DNA from: the human T2T-CHM13v2.0 reference genome, Homo sapiens
Length of the DNA: 64,000 bases
Assembly: GCF_009914755.1 (NCBI RefSeq)
Contig: NC_060933.1
Direction: 5' to 3' (one strand)
The stretch's first letter is position 1; every line of letters begins with the position of its first letter. A model generated the notes under the pieces. The model was not told the origin of the DNA, searched no databases, and saw only the letters and a program-made list of their open reading frames with translations. Positions 1-13,780 of this stretch are shown piece after piece. The position numbers and the translations under genes are program-made.

Positions 1-61
1 TGACCTCATGATCTGCTCTCTTCAGCCTCCCAAAGCGCTGGGATTAGAGGCATGAGCCACC
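1..61 (-). mobile_element. Alu 5' end, cut by window edge
   Basis: cctcccaaagcgctgggattagaggcatgagccacc is the reverse complement of the Alu left-arm start. Confidence 0.9.
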
Positions 62-110
62 TTGCAATGCCTGAAAATACTGGGAGTTCTTTATGTTCCT
101 CCCCTTTTAG

Positions 111-217
111 CTTTTTGCATTCCATTCTCCTGGGAAAAATTTTATGGATCATTCCAAATAAGAATGTGATAGATGTAAATGTTTAGAGGATAAGAGATGG
201 CAATGGCCCAATGTACG
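111..217 (+). other. Candidate non-coding internal exon
   Basis: Acceptor ttctttatgttcctccccttttag| ends at 110; donor ACG|gtaagg at 218; stops in all three frames. Confidence 0.3.
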
Positions 218-784
218 GTAAGGGGCTGTGCTGCCTGCCCAAGACCAGAAAAGTTTAGACCTCAGCATCACTGCCTCCCAGCAATCTAGATGGAAGGATA
301 GTTGTGTGAGCTGCCCAGGGAGGGCTGAACCCTATAAACATCATTGTCAAGGAGCCTGAGCTAAAGGTTTCTGTGTTCCAGTTTGGAACAGAGGGAATAG
401 GGCCTCACTTAACCAACCATTTTTGAAATATACCACGTGGGCTTGGAAGATGTCAGAGATCACATGCACACTCGCGAGCAGAGAGACTGTGATGTGCACT
501 GGCTTATGGGAATGTCTCCTTTCACTTGACCCCAAAAGTGACTCACACTGAGCATCTTGACTTTTTGTCAAGATGATTCCAAACTAGATGATTAAGAGAG
601 CAAAAGCAGTAAGGTTTGACATTGGTGGTTGGGATTTTCATAAGTGTTAGACATGATCTTCCTGAACATTATTGGTGTAAATAATATGATGGGGTAATTC
701 ATTCAAAATAGCCTAAAGTACTAGGGGCAGGCGATATGGGACAGATGAAGTGACTAAAACAAAGTGCATTGCAGGTTTAGAGTC

Positions 785-950
785 TCAAAACTAGAATCAG
801 ATGGGGTCTGTTTCAAATCTTATGTCACTTACTGGTTTTCTGATCTTGAGTAATTTACTTAACTTCTGAGTTTTAGTTTCCTTCCTGCCAAAAACAGGAT
901 AATTTTATGTACGACACTGGCTTATTCTAAGAACCATGTGAAGAACAGAG
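785..950 (+). mobile_element. MIR
   Basis: tttcaaatc...cacttactgg...tcttgagtaatttacttaacttctgagttttagtttcctt MIR core. Confidence 0.7.
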
Positions 951-1092
951 AGCATTGAAATAGAGAGTAATAAAGAGTATTTTTAAAACGCAGTTTCTGT
1001 CTTGAATCGAAAGAGAACAAAAAGTAGTTCTTGAACATCTGGAAAGGGAAAGCTTTTGATTTTTGCATTCTCTTTCATTTGTTTCTTTACAG

Positions 1093-1395
1093 GGGTGTGA
1101 CATAGAGAAACACATTGAAAGCCATACCAGTGTTGATCACTAACCATGCAAGACACTTATTCAAAGCATGCACTTCTACAGTCATTGTCACCACAGACAT
1201 GGGTTTTAAGTCTACAGTATACAGCATGTAGCTTTCTTGATATTTTAGGATTTCTCTGGGGGTGGATGTATGTGATGTGAAATGAAAGAAGACTGTGAAG
1301 GATTGGACAGATTAGGAAGTCACACTGTAAATACTGAGATTTGTTGTGGACTGTAGAATTCAGCTATAAATAAAGTGAAGTGGCTTGGGGACGAA
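1093..1395 (+). other. Candidate terminal exon with poly(A) signal
   Basis: Long polypyrimidine tract ending tttctttacag| at 1092; AATAAA at 1369-1374; 3' end approximate. Confidence 0.35.
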
Positions 1396-1479
1396 AAGGT
1401 TTCTGCCTTGGAAAAACTGAGTTAGTATGTGGGTATAATATCACTAAAAGAAGGAGCTTCTTTTAGAAACCTATAACTT

Positions 1480-1920
1480 ATTCATATTTATCAACTGTTG
1501 ACTTTGTGTGACAGGCTCTGTTTCAAGTGAGATCCTAACATGAGAAAAACAGATGTGAGCCTGACTCTCATGGCTATGGTATTCCAGTTGGTTAGAAGGA
1601 CTATACACAAGGAAACAATTGCAGAAGCAGTGAGTGACAATGAGGGAAACAAACTGTGTGCTGGAGAAAAGGCTAACACGGGGCTATCTTCATTACACTG
1701 GGGGGTGAGGGAAGACTCCTCTAAGAAGCGACATGGAAGCTGAGATTGAGAATGAGATCAGAAAGTGAGAAGAAGCTGGAGGATAAGCAAAAAGCACCAG
1801 GAAGAATGTTTTAGGAAGAGGAAAGAAAATCAGCAAAGGCCCAAAAGTGGCAAATAGCTTGACCTGTTCTAGTAAATTGAAGGTCAGCATTGGCTACCTG
1901 GAAAAGTAGAGAGAAACAAG
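1480..1920 (-). mobile_element. L2 3' fragment
   Basis: Antisense L2 tail pattern (tattcatatttat...tgtgtgacaggctctgt, ggaagactcctctaagaag, gcaaaggcccaaaagtgg). Confidence 0.7.
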
Positions 1921-2827
1921 ATCATTTAGGTGCATGGTTTGCTCCTTAATGAAGTAAGGGTTGGAGGTGTAGGAAAGATGAGTCCTCAAGTCCAGTGCAT
2001 AAGGGATAAAGGAAGTAGTCCTTTTAAGGCCAGCTTCAAAGTGGAGAAGCTAAAAGACAATGGTACCTTTCTATCGCCAGGGTTCCCTATTCTCACACGA
2101 CTGAAGTCTTTTGTTATGCTAACCATCTCTGCCTCTTTTCTCAGTTAGGTGTTTCTAGCCCATGAGGCCAGCATTCCAGAAGAAGGAGATTGTGAACTAC
2201 TGTCCAGGAACTGGGTGCACAGGATGTGAGATGTTATCACTCTATAACATTTATTCCACATCTATAGAAATCTGGACAGCACCCACATGCTCTCTGCATA
2301 GCTGGACATAGTTCCTGAACACAGAAGACTTTCCATAGAGCAAGAAAATAAGGGTAACAAAAATCTACCCATAAATCCACAATAGGAAATATGAAAGTAC
2401 TAAGAACAAGAAGGTGCCTTTGCCAACACTCAGGGGGTTTTTGGCAGTGGTTTTATAGAATCTTCAACTTTGTTGTTTCTCTTCTTCCCTCTTTTTTTGC
2501 TTTTTTCTAGTCCCTGAGAAAGGTCTTCATATGATCCCTTCTCATGAAATCTTTCTATATCCACTTTGTTCAGTTCTGAACATCTCAGTGGTGTTTCAGC
2601 ATTTGTCTTCTATGGAGAATCTCTCCTATGTGAGCCCATGCTGGTTATGATGATGAAAGGATGCTCAATAATATCAATATTGTGGCTCTTGTTAGAATAG
2701 TAGTGAATAATTTATGTGTTTATATCCTCCTTAATTTTATATGAGAAACTCTTTTTTGGGATCATAGAGAAGATTGACTGGAAATAAAAATAAAACATGA
2801 CCTACGGTTTCAGTATTTACTTGCATT

Positions 2828-3621
2828 ACAACCTAACAGGTTCTTCTTGCCTGCTGCACAGAAAAGCTAATACACTGAGGCAGCAGTGTTGCAACAGAGA
2901 AAGAGTTTAATTAGCACAAGGCAGCTAAGTGGAACTGCAGGAGATATTTCTCAAATCCACCCCTCTAAGAGCTTGGAAGCTAAGGCAGGGACTAGGTAAT
3001 AGGTGCTGCTGATTGGTTGGGGATGAAATTATACAAGTGTCTAAATTGTCTTTGTGTGCTGAGTCGGTTTCTAGGTGGGGTGTGGTGGGGCACAGGATGG
3101 GCTGAGTCTGTTGCTCAGTATGAGTCACAGGCCTGGGTACTGTCTGTTGGTCTGCCAGAATGCAATAGTCTGAAAAATAGCTCAAAGACCAATCTTAGGT
3201 TTCACGGTACTGATGTTACCTATGGGAACAATTGGGGAAGTTACAAATCTTGTGACCTCCTGGTACATGACTCCTGAGCAGTAAGTGATTATAGAAAAGC
3301 AAGCTAGGAAACAATGGCTGGTTATTACTCAACTATGTCTATATCTTAGCAGAACTCAGGCCCCTGCCATATTTCTAACCTTCTGGTCTTTCACTTGTTT
3401 TACAAAGGTAGTTTCTGTCCCCAAACAAGGAGGGTATGAATTTCAGGAAAATCTATTATCATCCTTGCTTTAGAGTTAAACTATGAACAAAATGTCTCCC
3501 ACAGTTAGGTTGGCCTGTGCCCAAGAATGAGCAAGTACAGTTAGCTTGTGAGGCTAGAAGCAAAATGGAGTCATTTATGTTAGATTTCTCTCACTGTTGT
3601 AATTTTGCAAAGGTGGTTTCA
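2828..3621 (-). mobile_element. LTR8-family solo LTR (ERV1)
   Basis: Reverse complement begins tgaaaccacctttgcaaaattacaacagtgagagaaatctaac...gactccattttgcttcta, matching the LTR8 start. Confidence 0.8.
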
Positions 3622-3869
3622 CTTGGGGCAATTATGTTATTCAAAATGATAGAAGCATTTTATTAAATGGCAAGTGTAAGAAAGCTCCAATACTATATAA
3701 TTAATACTTTGCAAATTATTTTATAAATATTTGCTATTTCACGAGTCATCTATAAAAATATCATCATGGTCGGGCCTCTTCTTGAAAATCATTTTTGGTG
3801 CCTTAAAAATCCAATGGACAATTCACCAAACACTTTGATTTCTTTATTTTTAATAATTTTCCCCTCTAC

Positions 3870-6385
<2,516 letters not shown>

Positions 6386-7274
6386 TGAAGCACAATCCTT
6401 TGGCCAGGATTCTTGGGTTCTTTTTTAATCTCTCTGAGGTTTCTATCAGAGCTTTTGCTTTTCACCACCCCTGCTTTCAATAAAATCTGGAGGATGACTG
6501 AGTCTGTGATCCCTTTTCAGGGACCCAGTTTCCATCCTTACCCTGATAACCCTCCAAATATCCCCCATGCAATTGTACCCTTTGTGTCCCCTCTTCCTGT
6601 GTGGTGGAAATGTTCCTCATGCCACATTCTCCATTCTTGGCTTGTAATAAAACTCGCCTCTGAACACATAAACCATAGCTTTTAAATGAACACAATTCTT
6701 GATTTCAAGACAGGTTTGCTTTCAAGTTCATATTTCTGTTTGTAAATGTCCTTTTCTAAACAAACCAAAACATATTAGTGGTGAAGCTAATTGCATTCCA
6801 TTTAAAACACAATTGTGATCAGGTTTTCATTGTGTGATTTTTCAACAGTGTATATCATATCCAGTTAGGGATTTACAGTTGTCAAATTCATTAGAGTAGG
6901 AAACATCAAGCACATTCAAGGAGAAAAGTGACTCAGACCAGAGAAAGTTATCATAGATTTTAATATGCATTATGATTGCCTGTTAATTTGGATAAATTAT
7001 TTGCAGTTCTTTCTGTACATCTTTGCCTATCTTAAGCAAGTTTTATTTCAGTCTCTGTCTTTGAGCTAAATCATATACATCCCATTTAAACAATAAAATT
7101 TAACTACACAGGAAGATGAGGTAGATGTACTTTTCCCTCATGCTCCTACTAAGTACAAATAAATAACCTGGGTATTTTAATCAACTTAAGAAGACTCTGA
7201 AAGGTGGAGAAAAGACAGCAGACCAGCTAAGGACATTGGGACCTGAGGAACGACTTGGAGGTAAGTTCACTGGG

Positions 7275-7470
7275 TCCTCCCTCCTCTCCTTCCTTCCTTC
7301 TTTCCTTCCTTCCCTCATTCCGTCCCTTCTCCCCTCCCTCCTCCTCCCCTCCCTCCATCCTTTCCTTCCTTCCTTTTTTCTTTCCTTCCTTCCTTCCTCC
7401 CTCCCTTCTTCCTTTCCTTCTTTCTTCCTTCCTTCCTCCTTCCTTCCTTCTTTTCTTTTTCTTTTGCTTC
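7275..7470 (+). repeat. (TTCC/CTCC)n polypyrimidine tract
   Basis: About 195 bp of almost pure C/T. Confidence 0.95.
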
Positions 7471-8043
7471 ATATGTTCTAGATTGGATAATAGAGAATCC
7501 AGCAACCTAGAAATGTTACTGGATGCAGGCAAGAAAAGTCCGCTCTCTCTCTAGCCAAAGGACCAGGAAAGGGGCAGCCCAGCAAGACAGAACACTTTTA
7601 TATGGTAACCACTCTACTCCAGCCAAATACAACACAAAATAATGTATAATCTATGGCCCCCAATGCCGCCTGCCCCAGCAAAGAGATTTTCAGCCTAGCC
7701 AGGCCAGAAGGAGGTGCGTAACACTCCCACTGGAGCTGTATCAGAGGAGGCCAAAATAAGTGTTCATGCATTGGAAGTCAACATAGTGACTCTCCTCTAG
7801 TGCCAATTCCCTCAAACAGATAAATAGATTTCATGTGATTCTTATACACATGCCTGCAAAATTTTTTGTAGATATAGACAAGATTATTCTAAAATTTACA
7901 TAGAAAGGCAGAGGACTTGGAATAGCTAAAGCATGTTTTTGAAAAAGAATAAAGTGGAAGAAACCAGTCAATAAGTGCAGCAATTTCAGCACTTATTATT
8001 TAACTGCAGCAACCAAGAAGGTGTGGCTATTAGAAGAGTGAGA

Positions 8044-8360
8044 GTTTTTGCAGTGGCTGGTACCGGTTGTTCCTTTCCATGTTTAGTGCTTCCTTCAGGA
8101 GCTCTTGTAAGGCAGGTCTGGTGGTGACAAAATCCTCAGCATTTGCTTGTCTGTAAAGGATTTTATTTCTCCTTTGCTTATGAAGCTTAGTTTGGCTGGA
8201 TATGAAATTCTGGGTTGAAAATTCTTTCTTTGAGAACGCTGAATATTGCCCCCCACTCTCTTCTGGCTTGTAGGGTTTCTGCGGAGAGATCTGCTGTTAG
8301 TCTGATGGGCTTCCCTTTTGTGGGTACTTGGAGTATAATAAAAAATAATAATAAAAAAAA
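8044..8360. mobile_element. L1PA mini-insertion: antisense ORF1 fragment plus sense 3' terminus and poly(A)
   Basis: 8044-8326 reverse-translates to L1 ORF1 (KGKPIRLTADLSAETLQARREWG, FQPRISYPAKLSF); 8326-8360 is acttggagtataataaaaa...; 13-bp TSD agaagagtgagag at 8032-8044 and 8360-8372. Confidence 0.9.
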
Positions 8361-9167
8361 GAAGAGTGAGAGACACGTAGACCAAAAGGACAGAAAAGAA
8401 AATCCAGAAATAGGATTTAGGGTAGAGTTAGGGTAGTCAGTAATGTAGGCAACTGATTTTTGACAGAGGTACACATGAATTGGTAGGGGAATTCACAGAG
8501 GAAAAGATAACATTGCTGACAAATGGTGCTGGAGGAAGTGGACATACTCAGGCAAAAAACAAGCAGAGTAAACACCTTCACTTAATTCTCACATCTTATA
8601 CACACACATATACACACACACACACACAATCTCAAAATGAATCAAGGGCTTAAATATGAAACACAAAACTGTAAAACTTATAGAAAAACATAAGAGAAAT
8701 TCGTCATCTGTGCTTTTTCTCCCCACTCCTGCTCTCCTTCCCCTTGTAGGAGACCACAGACTCAGCGGCTGCACTGGCCACTCTCCAGCAGGCCCAGGAC
8801 AATGGCGGGGCAGCCTCTTCACTGGACAAGGTGCCTCTTCATTGGACTTGTCCTCAGGCATGAGCTGAGAAAGACCCCAGGAGTCCTCCTCAGGAGAGGC
8901 CCCCAGGCAGGCTGGTAGACCAGGACCCCATTGACATCTCTGGCTGGGAGAAAGAAGTCAGCCCTGGCTTCTCTCCATGAAGGGCCATCCCTTTTTAAAA
9001 TGTCAGCACGAGCCCTTGGACCCATCTCCTTGGGCCAGGACAGTAACCCCAGCATGCTCCTCAAGCTGTCTGCAAAGACCAGCTCAAGGTCCGGAAGACG
9101 GGGGCTGGAACTGGCCAGCGAGGTGCCTCCCACTCTCCTTTCCAGGGCCTTCTGAAAAATAAACTAC

Positions 9168-9528
9168 CTGTTAAAGACTGAGTTGTATCCACCCCTCCAG
9201 ATTCCTGTATTGAAGCCCTAATCCCCAGTGGGATGGTATTTGGAGACAAAGATTTTGGGAGGCAATGGGGTTAGAGGAAGTTGTAAGGGTGGAGCTGATA
9301 TGATCTGATTAGTGCCCTTATGAAAAGAGACAGGAAAGACTTGCTCCTTCTTTCTCTGTCATGTGAGCACACAGCAAGAAGGAAGCTATCTATAAGCGAG
9401 AGAAGACTCTCACCAGAAACTAACGTCAGATTCTAGCTTCCAGAGTTGTGAAAAAAAAAAAAAAAATTTGTGTGTGGTGTAACCCACCCAGTCTAAGATA
9501 TTTTCTTTCAGTAGCCCAAGCTAAGGCA
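9168..9528 (+). mobile_element. MLT1A-like MaLR solo LTR
   Basis: ttgaagccctaatccccagtgggatggtatttggaga...gattagtgcccttat...gcccaagctaaggca. Confidence 0.8.
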
Positions 9529-10774
9529 CTACTATAAGGTGGGACCCAAAGTCCAATCATGCCAATGAGGAGGCTGAGGGGCCGAGACCAGAATCTGGCT
9601 GTGATTAAGTGGAGGCCCGATCAATTGCACTATTCTTGTTTGGGAAGAAACAGTCAAGAGAAGGAGATGCAGAGAATCAAGAATGTCTCAGAAGCAAGCC
9701 CCTCAACAAAGCTGACACCTCCCTAAATAGCTTGCCTATCTGCCGCCAAGATCACTGCAGGACCTCCATGTAGCACAACTGAGAAAAACTGCTGATGTCT
9801 CCCTGAATCCCTGTGCTCTAATGTGCTGATGTTGGATTTTCCACGTGGCATCTGTAGATGTGGCCATTCAGTCCATTTGACAACTTGCAATTCTCACTGG
9901 AAAGGAAGGGAAGGTTTCCGGTTTTGCCTTGTCAGCCTCTGAAAGCCATGTTAGTGTGAGTCCACTGTTGGAGATGGAGCCAGGCAGACCGTCGGTGCTG
10001 TACCACCAAGTCTAAGGTTGGGACCCTGCACTGGGCTCCTCCCAAGGATCCTCAGCCTCAGCACCCTCAGACCTTCCTGATGGCCCCTAGTCTATTCCTT
10101 TCTCTGTCTTCATCAAATGGCAGCAGACTCTTTCCTTAATAAAACTAGAGCCTTTCTTGAACTCAAAATAAATAAATGAATGAATTAAAGAACAAAGCAA
10201 AATTTAAAACTACTTTCCCATCGGTTTTTTGTTAGCTACTTTCTTCAGGACACCTTTGAAACTTGACCCTTGTTCCTCCTCCCTCTCCCAACAGTCCTGG
10301 TGCACTTGAGATACTGAAAGGAGAAAGCACCCTCTTACTTTCTCCTCACCACCAGTTTCTGTCTCAATTGACATTTTGTTAGAAGAAAATGAAGTAAATA
10401 GCTTTTCTCCCTTGCCACCACCACCTTTGTGCATGATCTCACCAATTGTCAAGCAAGCTGAAAGAGCAGTTGATAACTGCCTCAGCAGTATCATGACAGA
10501 AATCAAGAAAATAAATCCCCAGAAAAGTTAAAATATCTATTAGGAAACAGATGCAGTTTTCTTGCAGAATAATATCTTACAAATAATCGTCAGCATATTG
10601 GAATCATAAAACGCTAAAACTGGAGTTGGGTTTAGAAATCATCTAATCCACCTCCTTTATGTCGTGATGAGGAAATTGTTACAGAAACAACTGGGGAGGG
10701 AGAGGGAGGGGAGGGGAGGGAGGGAGAGTGAGAGAGTAAGCACAGTGGAGTTTGCAAGTGTCAGAGTTTGTAAA

Positions 10775-11690
10775 ACTCTGCATACAGAAAGTAAAACATG
10801 CATACCTAAAACTGCACAAACTGCCGATGCGCACCTCCACAAGTTATCACAGAGTGAATGTGCACATGTAGCCACAGCCTCTGGTCCAGAAATAAGCTTC
10901 ATCAGCCTTGCAGAAGAAGCCACTCTTGCTCCCTACTATAGTTTGGATATGGTTTGTTTGTTTCCACCAAATCTCCTATTGAAATTCAATCCCCAATATG
11001 GGAGGTGGGGCCTAATATGAGGTGTTTAGGTCATGGGGCATATCCTTTATGAATAGATTGATGGTCTTTCTTGGGGTCAGTGAGTTCTCACTCAGTTTCC
11101 ATGAAGGCTAGCTGTTTAAGACAAAAGACAAAAGCCTGGCACCTCCCCTGTCTCTGGCTTCCTCTCTTGCTGTGTGATCTCTGCACATGCTGACTCTCCT
11201 CAGCTTCCCATCAGGAGTGGAAGCAGCCCGAGGCCCTCACCAGACACCCAATCCTCAACTTTTCCAGATAGAATTGTGAGCCAAGTAAAACTTTTTTCTT
11301 TATAAATTGCTGAGTCTTAGGTATTCCTCTGTAGCAACACAAAAAGGACTATTTACTCTTTCCAAAGGTGACCACTCTCTCTGTTGTGCTATTAATGTTC
11401 ACATTTTAAAACCAACAGTCTTTGTACCACTTACGCATTTTTAAACATTGCATTTTAGTTTTGTCTTCTTACACACTTTGTAATGATAACATGAAATGTG
11501 CATTCCTCTGGTCTGCCTTTGCTCACTCAGTATTTTTTGTATTCAACTGTGTTGTGGTATCAGCAGTGGCTTGTTGGTTTTCATTGCAGAATAGAATTCC
11601 ATGGTATGAACACTTCACAGTCTATTGCCTAGTGTTTTTTTTTTTTGTTTGACATTTGAGTGGTTTTGAGTTTTGGGCTACTATGGCTAA
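10775..11690 (-). mobile_element. L1ME 3' fragment (split by MST LTR)
   Basis: catacagaaagt...cacagagtgaatgtgcacatgtagccac; attccatggtatgaacac. Confidence 0.65.
10934..11352 (+). mobile_element. MSTB-like MaLR solo LTR
   Basis: tatagtttggatatggtttgttt...ggaggtggggcctaat...aagcagcccgaggccctcaccaga...tagcaacacaaaaaggact. Confidence 0.85.
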
Positions 11691-11840
11691 CGTGTGTTGT
11701 TATGATTTATGATTGATGAGCATGCTAAGTCATAGCATGGGCACATATTCATTCAGGCTCTTACTGCCGAACAGACCAATGTCTGATAGAAGCAAGAGGC
11801 CCCTAACGGTTGGTTATCTGAGGAATAGTGATAAAGAAAT

Positions 11841-12044
11841 CTTTATTTGTTTTTAACTTTTATTTGAGGTTCGAGGGCACATGTGCAGGTTTGTGACATG
11901 GGTAAATTATGTGTTGTGGGGGTTTGGTGTACAGGTTATTTTGTCACCCAGGTAATAAGCATAGTACCCGATAGACAGTTTTTCCATCCTCTCCCTCCTT
12001 CCAACCTCCACCCTCCAGCAGGTGGCTAGTGTTCCCTCTTTGTG
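11841..12044 (-). mobile_element. L1PA15/16-like 3' end
   Basis: acatgtgcaggtttgtgacatgggtaaatt...gtcacccaggtaataagcatagtaccc; TSD aagaaatcttta/aagagaccttta. Confidence 0.85.
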
Positions 12045-12473
12045 TAAGAGACCTTTAAAAGCTGCTAGAAGGTGGTAAAAATATTTGGGGAGCTGGAGAT
12101 TGAAATTTATGTGGGAAAGCAGGAAATAAGATGAGGAATCATTAACTGAAAATTTTTTATTAAAAGACTTGAGAGAAAACAAATGATTCCTTCCCAGTAT
12201 ATATAAATATATTCCTTGATGCCAGACTGCCCCTCATAGACCATGGTGATGATTCATGAATTATTACACTTGCTGGAATATAGTCACATTCACCTTGTGT
12301 GGTCACGTGTAGGCTAATATCTGTAACTAGCCTTAAATTACTTCTTAAGTTCATTTTATTATGAAACTGTGGAACATGGTTATATGTTTAAGGAAAAATC
12401 TCTTTAGGTAGGTATTGACACAAGTGTTGTAGATTTGAAGTTTTAAATCAATATTAAATACATTTTTTATCTT

Positions 12474-12531
12474 GTTTGTAGCTTGAAACATTATTTAAAT
12501 CAGCAATTGTCTAGATAAGAAAATAAGTCAT
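12474..12531 (+). repeat. 58-bp dispersed direct repeat, copy 1
   Basis: 57/58 identical to 15527-15584. Confidence 0.95.
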
Positions 12532-12899
12532 GTGGATTTGACAGGTCTGAAAATTGGAAAACTCTTGATTTTTAGAATCCAGAGGATTTACCCAGAGGCA
12601 AACTAAAACTGTGGCAGAAAATTAAACCGCTTAAATGTGGTTCTTAGACCATTGGCAAATAAATAACAACACAAGACAGCATTCTGGATTCAGCAGGCAA
12701 ACTGCTTCCATGGCTTCTGAATATATTGAGAACAAATACTAGCCTGTAAAATGAAAAGAAAATAACTGAGTGCTTCCTCAATGTGTGATGTGAGGAATAC
12801 ATAACATAGCTTCTCTCCCAAAGAAATGTGCCATTAAGAGAAAAATCTCTTCCCAAATTGCTGTCTTGATGCAGATTGATGGTGTGCCAGCCTGGAATA

Positions 12900-13110
12900 T
12901 GGGAAATGTGCCAGCCTCAGAGGCAATGTTCACCTGTGATCCGGGACTGTGTGGCCTCGGGCAGAGGACTTAAACTCTATGACCTCCTCTTTTCCTCTGT
13001 TTCATGGATACAATGCTTTCCTTGCATGGTACTTGTGATCATAAGAAATGTGTATGGAGAATCTAACACGTGCCCAGGGACCTTGTAGGAACTGAGTAAC
13101 GGGCATTTTC
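12900..13110 (+). mobile_element. MIR
   Basis: ctgtgtggcctcgggcagaggacttaaactct...ctaacacgtgcccagggaccttgtagg. Confidence 0.65.
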
Positions 13111-13114
13111 TCTG

Positions 13115-13320
13115 TATTTATTTAACAAGTAATTCTTGAGCACCTATTGTTTGCCAAGAACAGTTCTTGATGCAGGGGAAAGTGCAACCCCCAAAAAAAT
13201 TCTTCCTTCATGGAAATGCTGTTCTAGTGTTTGTGAAGGAAAGGGGCAAAAACAACAAACACTTCAAGTGCATAGTATTTTAGAGAATCCTAGGTGCTCT
13301 GGGAAGCAGGAAGCAGGTAG
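13115..13320 (-). mobile_element. L2 3' end
   Basis: atttaacaagtaattcttgagcacctattgtttgccaag. Confidence 0.7.
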
Positions 13321-13349
13321 AAAGTGCTGCATTCACTCCACGGGGGACT

Positions 13350-13780
13350 CCACAGGAGGCTGTGCAGCCCCAGGCATGTGCCATGTGGGTTCACCATCAA
13401 GAAGTGACCTGCCATTCAGCTGTTAGGAGAGCTGTTGGCTGCAACACTGGAGCTGAGAACATACTGTACCAAAGGAGCCTGGTGACTTAGCATGGCTATG
13501 TCCTTGGGTCTGGTTATTTCTATGCAATGTGGGATTCTTCTCTAGACAACCTTTGCATTGGAGCTCACCACCGAGCCGGCCAGGACTTTCTCAGAGCTCC
13601 GCTGTGAGCTGAGGTTTTTCCCATCTTCTTTCCTTCCTACTCTCCTTTCAGGGCTGTCCAACCCACATCATGCCAATGGCTCTCCCTGCCTCTCCCATTC
13701 CCTACCCTTTACCAGTCATGTGTGTGTGTGTGTGTGTGTGTGACTCTGTCTTGGGGATGCTTCCTGGAAGACACTTTCAA
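13350..13780 (+). mobile_element. LTR16-family ERVL LTR containing (TG)n at 13719-13742
   Basis: ggagctcaccaccgagccggccaggactttctcagagctccgctgtgagctgagg; gtcttggggatgcttcctggaagac. Confidence 0.7.

Larger units (their letters stand above)
7110..8705 (+). mobile_element. Old L1 (L1MC-like): 5'UTR piece joined to 3' ORF2 piece
   Basis: aagaagactctgaaaggtggagaaaagacagcagacc (5' region), then gtagatatagacaagattattctaaaatttacatagaaaggca (ORF2). Confidence 0.7.

Noticed and set aside
330-342. TATA-like cctataaaca
   Set aside because: Short motif expected by chance, with no supporting promoter context
7227-7554. K/E/G/R-rich and P/S/F-rich ORFs
   Set aside because: Artefacts of the (TTCC)n tract
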